A stretch of DNA of 64,000 bases from Escherichia coli (GTDB lineage: Bacteria > Pseudomonadota > Gammaproteobacteria > Enterobacterales > Enterobacteriaceae). Below the pieces are notes generated by a model that had not been told where the DNA came from, ran no database searches, and saw only the letters and a list, made by a program, of their open reading frames with translations. The position numbers and the translations under genes were made by a program. Position 1 is the stretch's first letter. Every line of letters starts with the position of its first letter. Below are positions 42,723 to 55,629 of the stretch, in pieces. The DNA is taken from the NCBI RefSeq assembly GCF_030384885.1, contig NZ_CP128613.1; one strand, given 5' to 3'.

Positions 42723-44048
42723 ATGAGCAAAGTAACTCCCCAGCCGAAAATCGGCTTTGTTTCCCTTGGCTGTCCGAAAAACCTTGTCGATTCAGAGCGT
42801 ATTCTCACCGAACTACGCACCGAAGGTTATGACGTGGTACCGAGCTATGACGATGCGGACATGGTGATCGTCAATACCTGCGGCTTTATTGACAGCGCGG
42901 TACAAGAATCACTGGAAGCCATTGGCGAAGCGTTGAATGAAAACGGCAAGGTAATTGTGACCGGTTGCCTGGGGGCGAAAGAAGATCAGATCCGCGAAGT
43001 CCACCCGAAAGTGCTGGAAATTACCGGGCCTCATAGCTATGAGCAGGTTCTTGAGCACGTTCATCACTACGTACCAAAACCGAAACACAACCCATTCCTG
43101 AGCCTGGTGCCAGAACAAGGTGTGAAACTGACGCCGCGTCATTATGCCTATCTGAAAATTTCTGAAGGCTGTAACCACCGCTGCACCTTCTGCATTATTC
43201 CGTCTATGCGCGGCGATCTGGTGAGCCGTCCGATTGGCGAAGTGTTAAGTGAAGCGAAACGACTGGTTGATGCGGGCGTTAAAGAGATTCTGGTGATCTC
43301 GCAGGATACTTCCGCCTATGGCGTCGATGTTAAACATCGTACTGGCTTCCACAACGGCGAGCCGGTAAAAACCAGCATGGTCAGCCTGTGTGAACAGTTA
43401 TCGAAACTGGGGATCTGGACACGTCTGCACTACGTTTACCCTTATCCACACGTGGACGACGTCATCCCACTGATGGCGGAAGGCAAAATCCTGCCGTATC
43501 TGGATATCCCGTTGCAACACGCAAGCCCGCGCATTCTCAAACTGATGAAGCGTCCGGGTTCTGTAGATCGCCAACTGGCGCGCATCAAACAGTGGCGCGA
43601 AATCTGCCCGGAACTGACCCTGCGCTCAACCTTTATTGTCGGCTTCCCTGGCGAGACGGAAGAAGATTTCCAGATGCTACTCGATTTCCTGAAAGAAGCA
43701 CGTCTGGATCGCGTTGGCTGCTTTAAATACAGCCCGGTTGAAGGCGCAGATGCCAATGCCCTGCCTGACCAGGTTCCGGAAGAAGTGAAAGAAGAACGCT
43801 GGAACCGTTTCATGCAGCTACAGCAGCAGATTTCCGCCGAGCGCCTGCAAGAGAAAGTGGGCCGTGAAATTCTGGTGATTATCGACGAAGTGGACGAAGA
43901 AGGCGCGATTGGTCGCAGCATGGCAGATGCACCGGAAATCGACGGCGCGGTTTATCTCAATGGTGAAACCAACGTTAAGCCGGGTGATATCCTGCGTGTG
44001 AAAGTCGAGCACGCCGATGAGTACGATTTGTGGGGTAGCCGGGTTTAA
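42723..44048 (+). CDS. rimO: Ribosomal protein S12 methylthiotransferase RimO (radical SAM MTTase, 441 aa)
   Basis: Translation [25 protein letters not shown]; radical-SAM CNHRCTFC motif. Confidence 0.95.
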
Positions 44049-44054
44049 TTAATT

Positions 44055-44084
44055 CAGGCAGGGCAACATCATTTGCCCTGCCTG
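44055..44084. terminator. Hairpin between the convergent rimO and dgcI
   Basis: Perfect 12-bp stem CAGGCAGGGCAA / TTGCCCTGCCTG with a 6-nt loop; flanking A/T-rich but no long T run. Confidence 0.5.
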
Positions 44085-44094
44085 CTAATAATGA

Positions 44095-45423
44095 TTACTG
44101 CCAGCTAATCTGCGCCCTGCCGTTTTTCTTACTCTTATACAGTCGCTCATCCGCCAGCATTTTCAAACGTTCAACGGTGGTACATTCATTTGAATGCGCT
44201 ACGCCGATACTGGTGCTCAAGTTAATACTCCCCACCTGGAAATGGACGATTTCTTTTAGAATCGATAGCAACTCCTCCAGCGTTCCGCCAGTATAAATCA
44301 CCGCAAATTCGTCACCGCCGAAGCGGTAGACTTTACCTTTATCTACCGGGATTTGTGATTTAAGGATTTTCACCACTTTCATCAACACTTCATCGCCCAG
44401 TAAATGACCGAAGGTGTCGTTAATGTTTTTGAATTTATCGACATCAAAAAGACACAGATAGCCCCCTTTTTCCGGCAGGGCTTTTAAATCTTCATCAAAG
44501 GATTTTCTGCCCATTGCTTTGGTCAGGTCGTCCAGAAACGCCGAGTTATACATACTGTAGAGTTTTTTGACATCGGCAGCCGAGAAGAAAAGCCCACCGT
44601 CCAGGACGCGTTCAAAATGGTTATTAATAATGGCTTCTTTCTCCACAATGCCACGATTAATCACTCTGCGCACCAGATAAAGGCAGCTAGCACCCGATAT
44701 CACTGCCACCAATGCAGCAAAGAAAATAATCAACATACATACCTGAAAATAAACGTCTTTTTTATACGAAAATACGTACAATCCGGTCGGCAAATAGGCG
44801 AAGTGCTCCATTGCTTCCGAAACGGTGAAGATGGCGTTTTTAGCATTATATTCATCACCGGTCACCGGTTTACCGTTCTTAAACAGAGAGAACATCAGGT
44901 TCTCGCTATCCATCGCCAGCGATTTTGACAGTAAAGAAAAACGCTCCAGACCAAGCAAAAATATCAGACTGCGATTGTGAGTTACCGGATAGAGGTAATA
45001 GACGAAGGTTTTACCGTCAAAAGAGATAAACCCTGTATTTTTGACATGTCGATACTTAACAACCTGCATAATATCTGCACAATAATTTTTCTCGAACTCC
45101 TTTACCTGAATACATTCGTCACTGGAAATCAGATAAGGACCGACATCGTACAAATAAGAGGGTGAAACCGAGTCGGCGTAAGCTGTGCGCAAGCCAACCA
45201 ACAGCTGTTCCTCCGTGGGATTTAGCGTGTTGATGAGATCAATTGCCACGCTACGCCGATATTCAGCAATATTTGCCACCGCAAAAGCAGTATCAATAAC
45301 GGACTGTTTCAGGCCATACACCCGTTCCTTTACCATTTGAGTGTAGATCCCGCAGGCAACTGCTGAAATCATGATAAAAATCAGCAGACTGACTGTAAGT
45401 ACGAACTTATTGATTCTGGACAT
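44095..45423 (-). CDS. dgcI: Diguanylate cyclase DgcI/YliF (442 aa), membrane-anchored GGDEF protein
   Basis: Translation [25 protein letters not shown]...; GGDEF motif in [10 protein letters not shown]. Confidence 0.9.
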   Translation of the reverse strand: MSRINKFVLTVSLLIFIMISAVACGIYTQMVKERVYGLKQSVIDTAFAVANIAEYRRSVAIDLINTLNPTEEQLLVGLRTAYADSVSPSYLYDVGPYLISSDECIQVKEFEKNYCADIMQVVKYRHVKNTGFISFDGKTFVYYLYPVTHNRSLIFLLGLERFSLLSKSLAMDSENLMFSLFKNGKPVTGDEYNAKNAIFTVSEAMEHFAYLPTGLYVFSYKKDVYFQVCMLIIFFAALVAVISGASCLYLVRRVINRGIVEKEAIINNHFERVLDGGLFFSAADVKKLYSMYNSAFLDDLTKAMGRKSFDEDLKALPEKGGYLCLFDVDKFKNINDTFGHLLGDEVLMKVVKILKSQIPVDKGKVYRFGGDEFAVIYTGGTLEELLSILKEIVHFQVGSINLSTSIGVAHSNECTTVERLKMLADERLYKSKKNGRAQISWQ

Positions 45424-45430
45424 ACGTAAA

Positions 45431-47779
45431 CTACTCTTTTACTAATTTTCCACTTTTATCCCAGGCGGAGAACGGCATGGGTTTCTGGTACAGATACCCC
45501 TGAGCCTGAACACATCCTAATTTGATTAATTCGCGCGCAACGTCTTCGCTCTCTACGCCTTCCGCAATCACCGGGATCCGGTTATAGCGTGCCAGATCGA
45601 AAATAATGCGCACAATTTTCCCCGCAGTACCGAAAATATCGCCGGTAAATTGCGAGTCCACTTTTATACTGTCTGGATTAATTTCATAAAAACGTTTCAG
45701 GTTTGACAAACCGGTGCCAAAGTCATCAATCGATATCCGTACCCCTTGTTTACGCAGTTGTTCAATATTGAGATAAAAATGTTCATTAATTCGCTCGATC
45801 ACAGTTTCAGTGATCTCAACACAGAGGCTGTTCGCCTTCAGGCCATTTTCTTTCATGATGGTGGTAAAACGCTCATGAAAGTGTGGTTCGTTTAACTGCC
45901 AGGGCGAAACATTAATATGCAGTAAGAAACCGTCCTTCAGCGACGCACGCTGACTAAAATGTCTGAATTCACCCATCGCGGTTTTAATAATTTGATAACC
46001 CAGCTCATTGATAAACCCGATATCTTCAGCAATGGTAATGAACTTCAGCGGTGAAATGATCCCCCGCTCCGCAGACACCCAACGGCACAACGCCTCCGCG
46101 CCCAGAATGGCGCGGGTGTTAATATCAACAATCGGTTGATAGACCAGGAATAGTTCGCCAATTTCCATGGCATGGCGAATATTACGCGCAATCCAGATAT
46201 TCTCTTCTATTTCGTTGAGTTTCGCGTCATCACAGAAAATAAACTCTGAGAACATATGGTCACGGATACTGGAAATCGCCAGTTTCAGTTTTTCTGCGTA
46301 ACTCCAGGCGTTTTCTCCCTTCAACGGTTCACAAATGGCAGACTTATGGATGCGCAGATTGCGGTAGCCAAAGCTGCTGTCAAAATCGTTTATCATCGCT
46401 ATTTTACGGGTAAATGTCTGTACATTTTCCCGGCACAGAAGTAAATAGAGATCGGCATTGAATGTCACGATATCGCAGCATTGCGCATATTTCTCGGCAA
46501 TTCGCTGACACAATTTCCTGACGATTTTATTGCGTTCATCAACACCAAACACCGCTTCCACGGCTTCCAGACCACACAGTTTGATGATCCCCACAGCCAG
46601 ATACTGATTATTGTTTGACTCAATAATCGCCATATTTTTAATAAAACCGCTTTCCTGATCGTAAGAGATCAGTGAGAGCAATTTATTTGACCGTTCAATT
46701 TCGGCATCTTTCATTTCCGCGATCGAATTTTTGATGCTGATAATCTCTTTCGCATCGCCTTCGCGAATTTTCAGAGCCTCGATTTGATCCGTTGAGTCGG
46801 GCAAAAATGCCAGCGTATTAACCAGCTCGGTCATTTCAGAAAATTGCCGACGGAACACACGAGTGGTCATTAAATAAACCACCAGCAATACGATAATAAT
46901 GAAAGCAAACGGCAGATAAAAAAGTTTATCTGATGCGTTCAATAAATTACCGCCAGGATAATAAAAATAGATTTCGAATAATGCGTTGTTTGGCACCGCT
47001 GATGTTTTTTCGATATATTCAGTATCGACAGAATCAATAATATTATAATTGCCTTCGCTATTATAAATAATCAGTTTTTCACGAGCGAGTTGATTCTTGG
47101 CAATGATCTCATGGCCTTGTTTCAAAAATAGAACTTCATCATTAGCGCTGATTTGATCAAGATACTCGTTCAGATATCGCCAGTTTAAATCGACATGAAT
47201 TTTATCCACCACTAACAAATCGTGATCTTTGCCGTTGATGCGTAGCGTAAAAGAGATACATTTTTTACCCGGACGATCAAAGCAATTGTATGCCGGATTC
47301 CAGCTGTTGTTAGAGTCATCTGAAGCCACAGACCACGGTCGTTTCGATGGGTTAAAATCGGCAAAAATAACCCGCCCTGACTCGTCGACAAGCGGTCCAT
47401 TTACTTGTTCCTGATGATAAACAGCGATTTTATCATTTGCCCTCCGCGAAAAGAGATAATATTTATTATCATCAAGTACCAGTCCCACCGAGTCTAAAAA
47501 TGGCATCATTTCCATTTTAAGGATCACAGCGCGTTGAATCTCCTCTGTATTTTTTAATAAATACAGTGAGTCCTTTAATGTCAGGGCCGAACGTTCAATA
47601 TCTTTAAAGAAATAGCCAACGTTTTTCTGAATAAGTTCAAAGCGGCTATCGGCACGTTTTACCGCGCGTTCCGATACCAGTTGATAGTTAATGATGAAAA
47701 AAAGACCAATAAATGACAGCGCTGCCAATAAAAATAAAATTATCAACCTTATTTTTATCTTTTCGTATAAACTCAGCAT
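45431..47779 (-). CDS. pdeI: c-di-GMP phosphodiesterase PdeI/YliE (782 aa), membrane-anchored EAL protein
   Basis: Translation [33 protein letters not shown] from internal ATG; C-terminal EAL domain. Confidence 0.9.
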   Translation of the reverse strand: MLSLYEKIKIRLIILFLLAALSFIGLFFIINYQLVSERAVKRADSRFELIQKNVGYFFKDIERSALTLKDSLYLLKNTEEIQRAVILKMEMMPFLDSVGLVLDDNKYYLFSRRANDKIAVYHQEQVNGPLVDESGRVIFADFNPSKRPWSVASDDSNNSWNPAYNCFDRPGKKCISFTLRINGKDHDLLVVDKIHVDLNWRYLNEYLDQISANDEVLFLKQGHEIIAKNQLAREKLIIYNSEGNYNIIDSVDTEYIEKTSAVPNNALFEIYFYYPGGNLLNASDKLFYLPFAFIIIVLLVVYLMTTRVFRRQFSEMTELVNTLAFLPDSTDQIEALKIREGDAKEIISIKNSIAEMKDAEIERSNKLLSLISYDQESGFIKNMAIIESNNNQYLAVGIIKLCGLEAVEAVFGVDERNKIVRKLCQRIAEKYAQCCDIVTFNADLYLLLCRENVQTFTRKIAMINDFDSSFGYRNLRIHKSAICEPLKGENAWSYAEKLKLAISSIRDHMFSEFIFCDDAKLNEIEENIWIARNIRHAMEIGELFLVYQPIVDINTRAILGAEALCRWVSAERGIISPLKFITIAEDIGFINELGYQIIKTAMGEFRHFSQRASLKDGFLLHINVSPWQLNEPHFHERFTTIMKENGLKANSLCVEITETVIERINEHFYLNIEQLRKQGVRISIDDFGTGLSNLKRFYEINPDSIKVDSQFTGDIFGTAGKIVRIIFDLARYNRIPVIAEGVESEDVARELIKLGCVQAQGYLYQKPMPFSAWDKSGKLVKE

Positions 47780-47956
47780 GTTAATACATTTAACAAAATA
47801 ACTATCTGAACGCCGTGCCGCTGCAAAAACAGTCCCTTGCTGCGGCTTTTTAACCAAATTACCCGATTCTACAAAATCAGCAGAAAGTTACAACACTTGC
47901 TTAGGGCAATAATTTCCTGTGAGGTGATTACCCTTTCAAGCAATATTCAAACGTAA

Positions 47957-48868
47957 CTATCCTTTAATTTTCGGATCCAGCGCATCGCGTAAACCATCAC
48001 CCAACAAATTGAACGCCAGTACGGTCAGAAAAATAGCCAGGGCCGGAAAAACAGCGACATGCGGCGCGATAACCATATCCGCTCGTGCCTCATTGAGCAT
48101 TGCTCCCCACTCTGGTGTCGGCGGCTGCGCACCGAGGCCGAGAAATGACAGGCTGGCGGCAGAGATAATCGAGGTGCCGATGCGCATGGTGAAAAACACC
48201 ACGATAGAAGAGACGGTCCCAGGCAGAATATGACGCAATAAAATGGTCATATCGCTGGCACCAATACTGCGTGCTGACTCAATAAAGGTTTGCTGTTTCA
48301 ACACCAGCGTATTGCCGCGCACCAGTCGGGCAAACGCGGGGATGGAAAAAATGGCAACGGCGATAATCACGTTAGCGATGCCGCTTCCCAACACCGCAAC
48401 AACAGCGATGGCCAGCAAAATACCCGGGAAGGCAAACAGCACATCGCAAATGCGCATGATCAGCCGATCCCACCAGCCTTCATAATATCCCGCCAGCAAG
48501 CCCAGCAACGTCCCGATCGCCGCACCGATAAACACGGCAAACACGCCCGCCGCCAGCGAGATTTGCGCACCAACCAGGACACGGCTGAAAATGTCGCGTC
48601 CCAGTGAATCGACGCCAAACCAGTGCTGCAAAGAAGGTCCGTTATTCAGATTGTCATAATCGAAAAAATTTTCGGCGTCATAGGGGGCGATCCAGCGTGC
48701 AAAAATGGCCACCACAATCAATAAAATGACGAATAATGCGGCGGCCATCGCCATATGCTGATGGCGAAATCGTCGCCAGAATTCATGCCACGGTGTGCGT
48801 ACCTGGTCAGGTTTAACCAATGGCATGGCGTTTAACACCGCCTGACGTCGCCAGTTAAATATTCGCAT
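47957..48868 (-). CDS. gsiD: Glutathione ABC transporter permease GsiD (303 aa)
   Basis: Translation [56 protein letters not shown]. Confidence 0.9.
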   Translation of the reverse strand: MRIFNWRRQAVLNAMPLVKPDQVRTPWHEFWRRFRHQHMAMAAALFVILLIVVAIFARWIAPYDAENFFDYDNLNNGPSLQHWFGVDSLGRDIFSRVLVGAQISLAAGVFAVFIGAAIGTLLGLLAGYYEGWWDRLIMRICDVLFAFPGILLAIAVVAVLGSGIANVIIAVAIFSIPAFARLVRGNTLVLKQQTFIESARSIGASDMTILLRHILPGTVSSIVVFFTMRIGTSIISAASLSFLGLGAQPPTPEWGAMLNEARADMVIAPHVAVFPALAIFLTVLAFNLLGDGLRDALDPKIKG

Positions 48869-48870
48869 CC

Positions 48871-49791
48871 TTACTTGTACCTGATAGCCGGGTTAATGGC
48901 GGCATAAAGCACATCCACCACTAAGTTGATAAGAATAAATTCCAGCGAGAAAAGCAGAATTTCCGCCTGAATCACCGGGTAATCGCGCATTTCTACGGAG
49001 TCGACGAGTAAGCGTCCAAGTCCGGGCCAGTTGAAGACTTTCTCCACCACAATGGAACCACCGAGTAAAAAGCCAAACTGTAAGCCCATCATGGTCACTA
49101 CCGGGATCATCGCATTGCGTAACCCGTGTTTGAGGATGACCCAGGTTTCGCTCACCCCTTTCGCCCTCGCGGTACGCATATAATCTTCGCTTAAAACGTC
49201 GACAAACGATGCGCGGGTAAAGCGCGCCATCACGGCTGCCACTGCCGCGCCGAGCGTCAGGGAGGGTAAAATGTAGTGCTGCCAACTGTCTGCACCTACG
49301 GTGGGTAACCAGCCAAGTTCAACTGAGAAAACCTGAATCAACAGTATTCCTAACGCAAATGCCGGGAATGAAATCCCTGATACCGCGATAGTCATACTTA
49401 ATCGATCCGGCCAACGGTTACGCCAGACAGCGGCGATAATACCAGCCCCCATGCCGAACAGCACCGCCCAGGTCATACTGGTAATAGTCAACCATAGAGT
49501 AGGCATGAAGCGGCTGGCAATCTCATTGGCAACGGGACGACGCGACACCATCGACAGGCCAAAATCGCCCTGTACGGCATTGGTGATATAGTGCCAGAAC
49601 TGGTGATACAGTGGCTGATCCAACCCCAGTTGCTGACGCACCAGTTCTATAACCTGCGCATCAGCTTCGGGTCCGGCAATCAATCGCGCTGGATCGCCGG
49701 GGAGCATATGAACAAACAAAAATACCAGCACCGAGACGATAAACAGCGTCGGAATCAACCCCAGTAAGCGTTTGATAACGTAATTAAGCAT
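48871..49791 (-). CDS. gsiC: Glutathione ABC transporter permease GsiC (306 aa)
   Basis: Translation [47 protein letters not shown]. Confidence 0.9.
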   Translation of the reverse strand: MLNYVIKRLLGLIPTLFIVSVLVFLFVHMLPGDPARLIAGPEADAQVIELVRQQLGLDQPLYHQFWHYITNAVQGDFGLSMVSRRPVANEIASRFMPTLWLTITSMTWAVLFGMGAGIIAAVWRNRWPDRLSMTIAVSGISFPAFALGILLIQVFSVELGWLPTVGADSWQHYILPSLTLGAAVAAVMARFTRASFVDVLSEDYMRTARAKGVSETWVILKHGLRNAMIPVVTMMGLQFGFLLGGSIVVEKVFNWPGLGRLLVDSVEMRDYPVIQAEILLFSLEFILINLVVDVLYAAINPAIRYK

Positions 49792-49808
49792 TCCACTCCC
49801 TGCGTTGC

Positions 49809-51347
49809 TTATTGCAAATCCGCGTCTTCAAAGCTGAAACCGGTGTCTGGCATGATCCAAAAACCGGTCAGGTTTTTACTGTGTGCCGACACCAGTTTTT
49901 CTACCACCAGCGGGATCCACGGCGACTCTTGCCAGATGATATCCTGCACCGCCTTATATAAACGGGTCTTTTCTGCCGGATCATTAGTTTTCAGTGCCTG
50001 AGCCAGGAAGTCATCCACCTGTTTATTGCTGTAAAACGCGGTATTAAACAGCGTCGGTGGCCAGTTCTGCGAGGCAAACAGCGGCGATAGTGCCCAGTCA
50101 GCTTCGCCGGTTGAAGCCGACCAGCCAGTGTAGAACATCCGCACGCCGCTCTCTTTTTGCCCTTTACCTTCAACTTCTGCCGCCCGCTGTCCGGCATCCA
50201 TCGCAGTCACCTGGGCTTTAATCCCGACCTGCGCTAACTGCTGCTGGGTAAATTGCAGCACTTTCTGCGCGGTGCTGTGGTTATGTGACGACCACAGCGT
50301 GGTGCTGAAACCGTTGGGATATCCCGCCTCTTTCAGTAATTCGCGCGCTTTCACTGGATCGTAAGGCCACGGTTTATAACTTTGCGCGTAGGCGATACTC
50401 GGCGGTACCACACCAGTAGCTGGCGTTGCATAGCCCGCGAAGGTTACTTTCACCAGCGCCGGGCGGTTAATGGCGTAATTCAGCGCCTCACGGACCTTCG
50501 GGTTATCGAACGGCTTTTGCGTCACGTTCATACTGATATAACGCTGCATAATTGACGGACTAGCCATCAGCTCGATATTTTTGTTTTTCTCCAGTAGCGC
50601 CGCTTGTTCATAAGGGATGGGAAAAGCAAATTGCGCTTCACCGGTTTGCAGCATTGCCGCACGGGTGTTGTTATCCGCCACCGGACGCCAGGTTATGCTG
50701 TCCAGTTTGGGCAATCCTGGCTGCCAGTACCCCGCGAATTTTTTCACCTTCACAAAATCGGTCTGATTCCAGGTATCCAGTTCATACGGCCCGGTGCCAA
50801 CCGGATGAAAACCAATCTCCTTGCCATATTTTTCCAGCGCTGCCGGTGAAATCATCGCGGTCGCCGGATGGGCAAGAATGTTAATAAACGCGGAGAACGG
50901 CTGTTTGAGGGTAATCTTTACCGTTGTCAGATCGAGCGCTTCCGTTTTCGCAATATTCTTATACAGGTTATAGCGTTTAAGATGATTCGCCGGATCGCTG
51001 GCCCGGTCGAGATTCGCTTTTACCGCCGCTGCGTTAAAGTCGGTGCCATCCTGGAATTTAATTCCTTCCCGCAATTTCACGGTGTAAGTGAGGCCGTCAT
51101 CGGAAACGGTATAACTCTCCGCCAGCACGTTTTTCAGTTTCATCTCTTTATCGAGACCGAACAGCCCCTGGTAAAACGATTTCGCTACGGCCTGAGATAA
51201 CGTGTCATTCGCGTCATATGGATCGAGCGTGGTGAAGTTCGATCCTACCGCCACCACCACATCTTTGGCAGCGAATGCACAAGATGCCATCAACGCTGTC
51301 GCAATGCCCAGCGCCACTAACCCACTACGGTGTACAGCTCTTGCCAT
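49809..51347 (-). CDS. gsiB: Periplasmic glutathione-binding protein GsiB (512 aa)
   Basis: Translation [48 protein letters not shown] from internal ATG; the 601-aa ORF-track extension is rejected. Confidence 0.9.
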   Translation of the reverse strand: MARAVHRSGLVALGIATALMASCAFAAKDVVVAVGSNFTTLDPYDANDTLSQAVAKSFYQGLFGLDKEMKLKNVLAESYTVSDDGLTYTVKLREGIKFQDGTDFNAAAVKANLDRASDPANHLKRYNLYKNIAKTEALDLTTVKITLKQPFSAFINILAHPATAMISPAALEKYGKEIGFHPVGTGPYELDTWNQTDFVKVKKFAGYWQPGLPKLDSITWRPVADNNTRAAMLQTGEAQFAFPIPYEQAALLEKNKNIELMASPSIMQRYISMNVTQKPFDNPKVREALNYAINRPALVKVTFAGYATPATGVVPPSIAYAQSYKPWPYDPVKARELLKEAGYPNGFSTTLWSSHNHSTAQKVLQFTQQQLAQVGIKAQVTAMDAGQRAAEVEGKGQKESGVRMFYTGWSASTGEADWALSPLFASQNWPPTLFNTAFYSNKQVDDFLAQALKTNDPAEKTRLYKAVQDIIWQESPWIPLVVEKLVSAHSKNLTGFWIMPDTGFSFEDADLQ

Positions 51348-51366
51348 TTTATTCTCCGCCTGAATG

Positions 51367-53238
51367 TTATCTACGCATGAATGCGTATTCTGATTGTGGT
51401 TGTGCGACGTAATGCCCCGGCCCGACGCATTGCAACGAGACGACTGCAACCTCTTCGCCACGCAGATGAATATTGCTGGGAAGATCGTCCGACAGCAGTA
51501 CACGCTGCGGTCGTTGTCGGGACGGTTCAGCGACCGGAACTGCCGCCAGTAATTTACGCGTATAAGGATGCTGCGGATTTTCAAAGACCGCGCGCCGTGG
51601 ACCAATTTCAACAATTTGCCCGAGATACATCACCGCCACACGATGACTAATCCGCTCTACAACGGCCATATCGTGGGAGATAAACAGATACGCAATGCCG
51701 AAATCACGCTGGAGATCGAGCAACAAGTTGATAATCTGCCCGCGAATAGATACATCCAGCGCCGAGACGGCTTCGTCGGCAATGATCACTTTTGGATTCA
51801 ATGCCAACGCGCGAGCAATGCAGATGCGCTGTCGCTGGCCGCCGGAAAACTCATGCGGGTAACGCCACGCATGTTCAGGTAACAGACCCACGCGCTCCAG
51901 CAACCACGCAACGCGTGCAGCCGCTTCTTTACCTTGCAATAAACCGTGTACGCGCAACGGTTCGATAATCGAATCACCGATGGTCTGACGTGGGTCCAGC
52001 GAAGCGTAAGGGTCCTGAAAAATAAACTGAATATCGCGACGCAATGCCTGAAGTTTGCCGGGTGAAAGGGTATCGATTCGCTGACCGTTAAAGATAATTT
52101 CGCCGCCCTGCGATTCGACCAGGCGCAGCAACGCCCGCCCGGTAGTGGATTTACCGCTGCCAGACTCACCCACCAGCGATAGCGTTTCGCCAGGCCAGAG
52201 ATCAAAACTGACTTTCTCAACGGCATGCACTTCCCGCGTTACGCGATTCAACAAACCGCTGCGCAAAGGGAAACGGGTAACCAGATTACGCACCCGTAAA
52301 ACAGGTTCGCCATCCACCACCGTTTTCTGCTCGATGGGTGGCTCCTGTTTCGCTGGATGTTCAAGCGATATCAATGGGAAACGTCGTGGATAATCTAACC
52401 CTTTCATCGCACCAAGTTGCGGAACAGCAGCTAACAGCGCACGGGTATAAGGATGTTGCGGTGCATTAAAAATCTGTTCGACGCTACCCGTTTCCACCGC
52501 CTCGCCCTGATACATCACCAGTACCCGATCGGCAATCTCTGCCACCACACCCATATCGTGAGTGATAAAGATAACGCCCATCGACATCTCTTTTTGCAAT
52601 ACTTTGATTAATTGCAGGATCTGCGCCTGAATAGTGACATCCAGCGCGGTGGTTGGCTCATCGGCAATCAGCACCGCCGGGCGGCATGACAGTGCCATCG
52701 CAATCATCACTCGCTGGCGCATCCCGCCAGAGAGTTGATGCGGATAACGTGAAAGAATGGTTTGTGCCTCCGGAATGCGTACCTGATCCAGCATCCGCTT
52801 CGCCTCGACCATTGCTTCTTCACGACTGGCGTTTTGATGCAGACGAATTGATTCGGCAATCTGTTCACCCACGGTAAATACCGGGTTCAGCGATGTCATC
52901 GGCTCCTGAAATATCATCGCCATATCCGCACCGCGCACATGGCGCATTTGTGCAGCGCTCTGTTCGCTAAGTTCAATCACCTCACGACTGCGCCGCCGCA
53001 ACAGCATTTGATCGCACTGCACTAAACCGCCCGCCTGTTCCAACAGGCGCATCAGTGCCAGCGCAGTCACTGACTTACCAGAGCCGGATTCGCCAACAAT
53101 TGCCAGCGTCTCACCGCGTTGCAGGCTAAAAGAGAGATTGCGGACCGCAGCTATTTTCTGCTGCTCCTGCATAAAGGCAATATTCAGATTTTCAACCGCC
53201 AGCACATCACCGGCATCAAGTTCATCACTGTGTGGCAA
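51367..53238 (-). CDS. gsiA: Glutathione ABC transporter ATPase GsiA with two ABC domains (623 aa), TTG start
   Basis: Translation (M)[31 protein letters not shown]...; two Walker A motifs; the codon at the expected start is TTG and gives exactly 623 aa. Confidence 0.85.
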   Translation of the reverse strand: MPHSDELDAGDVLAVENLNIAFMQEQQKIAAVRNLSFSLQRGETLAIVGESGSGKSVTALALMRLLEQAGGLVQCDQMLLRRRSREVIELSEQSAAQMRHVRGADMAMIFQEPMTSLNPVFTVGEQIAESIRLHQNASREEAMVEAKRMLDQVRIPEAQTILSRYPHQLSGGMRQRVMIAMALSCRPAVLIADEPTTALDVTIQAQILQLIKVLQKEMSMGVIFITHDMGVVAEIADRVLVMYQGEAVETGSVEQIFNAPQHPYTRALLAAVPQLGAMKGLDYPRRFPLISLEHPAKQEPPIEQKTVVDGEPVLRVRNLVTRFPLRSGLLNRVTREVHAVEKVSFDLWPGETLSLVGESGSGKSTTGRALLRLVESQGGEIIFNGQRIDTLSPGKLQALRRDIQFIFQDPYASLDPRQTIGDSIIEPLRVHGLLQGKEAAARVAWLLERVGLLPEHAWRYPHEFSGGQRQRICIARALALNPKVIIADEAVSALDVSIRGQIINLLLDLQRDFGIAYLFISHDMAVVERISHRVAVMYLGQIVEIGPRRAVFENPQHPYTRKLLAAVPVAEPSRQRPQRVLLSDDLPSNIHLRGEEVAVVSLQCVGPGHYVAQPQSEYAFMRR

Positions 53239-54190
53239 CGGTGTCCCCTTTTTCACGGTAGATACCGGTGGTTGGCGTATCGCCTGCGTAGCCCCAGGCG
53301 CGATACATTCCTTCGGTGTTAAACGGTAGCGCGACGTTACCTTCATGGTCGATAGCGATTAAGCCACCGCTACCGCCAAGCGCAGGGAGTTTTTCCATTA
53401 CTACCCGCTCGCAGGCTTCCGCGAGACTTAATCCGCCGTAATCCATTAACGCGGCGATGTCATATGCCGCCAGCGCGCGGATGAAGACTTCGCCCGTGCC
53501 GGTACATGAAACCGCCACACTGGCGTTATTGGCGTAGCATCCGGCGCCCACTAAGGGACTATCGCCAACTCGTCCGGGTAATTTATTGGTCATTCCGCCC
53601 GTGGACGTGGCTGCCGCCAGATTGCCGTTTAAATCCAACGCCACGGCACCCACGGTGCCCATTTTCTGTTTTTCATCCAGTGGCGCACCGCTATGGTCGA
53701 GAACCGTTGCCCCTTCCTCGCGCGCTGCCAGGAGTTGTTCATAACGCAAAGGCGTGGAGAAAATCTCCGGCGAGACGCGCTCCATGCCATGAGCAAATGC
53801 AAAATTTTCTGCCCCTTCGCCAATCATCATCACATGCGGGCTTTGATCCATCACCAGGCGGGCAGCAAGAACCGGATTACGCAGATGACTCACGCCCGCC
53901 ACCGCACCGGCTTTCAGGGTGTTACCATCCATCACACAGGCGTCGAGTTCATGGGTTTCATCTCGCGTAAAGACTGCGCCAATTCCGGCGTTAAACAGTG
54001 GACACTCTTCCAGTAGACGCACCGTTTCCGTCACCACATCCAGCGCACTTTCGCCCGCTTCCAGCATTTTCTGCCCGGTTTCAACAATGGCAGACAACGC
54101 CTCAATGTAGCGTAATTCCTGTTGCAGACTCATCTGCGCGCGGCTAATTGCACCTGCGCCACCATGAATTGCAATGACTGCTTTGCCCAT
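53225..54190 (-). CDS. iaaA: Isoaspartyl peptidase / L-asparaginase IaaA (Ntn hydrolase, 321 aa)
   Basis: Translation [32 protein letters not shown]; 3' end overlaps the gsiA start by 14 nt. Confidence 0.95.
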   Translation of the reverse strand: MGKAVIAIHGGAGAISRAQMSLQQELRYIEALSAIVETGQKMLEAGESALDVVTETVRLLEECPLFNAGIGAVFTRDETHELDACVMDGNTLKAGAVAGVSHLRNPVLAARLVMDQSPHVMMIGEGAENFAFAHGMERVSPEIFSTPLRYEQLLAAREEGATVLDHSGAPLDEKQKMGTVGAVALDLNGNLAAATSTGGMTNKLPGRVGDSPLVGAGCYANNASVAVSCTGTGEVFIRALAAYDIAALMDYGGLSLAEACERVVMEKLPALGGSGGLIAIDHEGNVALPFNTEGMYRAWGYAGDTPTTGIYREKGDTVATQ

Positions 54191-54393
54191 AGTATTCGTC
54201 CATTAAGGGTGGCTCGCCACTTTTGCTATAAATATCAGAATTTTTATGAATTACTCATTCAATTTTTGAATATAGAAAGATGGATATGGCATGTAAAGGC
54301 AGGAGCCAGCGCTACGCCCGAGGTGGCATACAGTCTGTGGCGTTTTTCTGACATAATAGGCAAATTCGATTTTGCCTCCGCAGGAGTGTTTTC

Positions 54394-55629
54394 ATGGAAT
54401 TTACCACCGGATTGATGTCGCTCGACACCGCGCTTAATGAGATGCTTTCTCGCGTTACCCCACTGACCGCCCAGGAAACGCTGCCACTGGTACAGTGTTT
54501 TGGTCGTATTCTGGCGAGCGATGTCGTTTCGCCACTGGATGTCCCGGGGTTTGATAACTCCGCTATGGACGGCTACGCGGTGCGTTTAGCCGATATTGCC
54601 TCCGGGCAACCGCTGCCCATTGCTGGTAAATCCTTTGCCGGTCAGCCGTATCATGGTGAATGGCCTGCGGGCACCTGCATTCGTATTATGACCGGCGCAC
54701 CAGTGCCGGAAGGCTGTGAAGCTGTGGTCATGCAGGAACAGACAGAACAGACTGACGCTGGCGTGCGTTTTACCGCTGAAGTGCGTAGCGGACAAAATAT
54801 TCGCCGTCGCGGTGAAGATATTTCTGCGGGTGCGGTTGTTTTTCCAGTAGGTACTCGCCTGACTACCGCAGAGCTGCCAGTGATTGCTTCGCTGGGAATT
54901 GCCGACGTTCCGGTGATTCGTAAAGTGCGTGTAGCGCTGTTTTCTACCGGTGATGAACTCCAGTTGCCAGGCCAGCCGCTGGGCGACGGCCAAATCTACG
55001 ATACCAACCGTCTCGCCGTGCACCTGATGTTAGAACAGCTGGGTTGCGAGGTAATCAACTTAGGGATTATTCGCGACGATCCACACGCCCTGCGCGCCGC
55101 TTTTATTGAAGCCGATAGCCAGGCGGATGTGGTGATCAGTTCCGGCGGTGTTTCAGTGGGTGAAGCGGATTACACCAAAACCATTCTTGAAGAGCTGGGG
55201 GAGATCGCCTTCTGGAAGCTGGCGATTAAACCAGGTAAACCGTTCGCGTTCGGTAAACTCAGCAATAGCTGGTTCTGCGGCCTGCCGGGCAACCCGGTTT
55301 CAGCAACGCTGACCTTCTATCAACTGGTACAGCCTTTGCTGGCAAAACTAAGCGGCAATACCGCCAGCGGCCTGCCAGCGCGTCAGCGCGTACGCACGGC
55401 TTCTCGCCTCAAGAAAACGCCTGGTCGCCTTGATTTCCAACGTGGTGTGCTGCAACGTAATGCTGACGGTGAACTGGAAGTCACCACCACCGGGCATCAG
55501 GGCTCACATATATTTAGCTCTTTTAGCCTCGGCAACTGCTTTATCGTACTGGAACGCGAGCGCGGCAATGTAGAAGCGGGCGAATGGGTGGAAGTAGAAC
55601 CGTTTAACGCGTTGTTCGGAGGCCTGTAA
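54394..55629 (+). CDS. moeA: Molybdopterin molybdenumtransferase MoeA (411 aa)
   Basis: Translation [63 protein letters not shown]. Confidence 0.95.
   Translation: MEFTTGLMSLDTALNEMLSRVTPLTAQETLPLVQCFGRILASDVVSPLDVPGFDNSAMDGYAVRLADIASGQPLPIAGKSFAGQPYHGEWPAGTCIRIMTGAPVPEGCEAVVMQEQTEQTDAGVRFTAEVRSGQNIRRRGEDISAGAVVFPVGTRLTTAELPVIASLGIADVPVIRKVRVALFSTGDELQLPGQPLGDGQIYDTNRLAVHLMLEQLGCEVINLGIIRDDPHALRAAFIEADSQADVVISSGGVSVGEADYTKTILEELGEIAFWKLAIKPGKPFAFGKLSNSWFCGLPGNPVSATLTFYQLVQPLLAKLSGNTASGLPARQRVRTASRLKKTPGRLDFQRGVLQRNADGELEVTTTGHQGSHIFSSFSLGNCFIVLERERGNVEAGEWVEVEPFNALFGGL

Noticed and set aside
49809-51614. 601-aa ORF-track frame for gsiB, and similar long N-terminal extensions for artP, potF, potG, gsiA, fsaA, mdfA, ybjS, ybjT, rcdA, dacC, pdeI and others
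   Set aside because: The extensions run through upstream intergenic or neighbouring-gene sequence, lack RBSs and give proteins longer than the known family members. Internal starts reproducing the established lengths were used instead.
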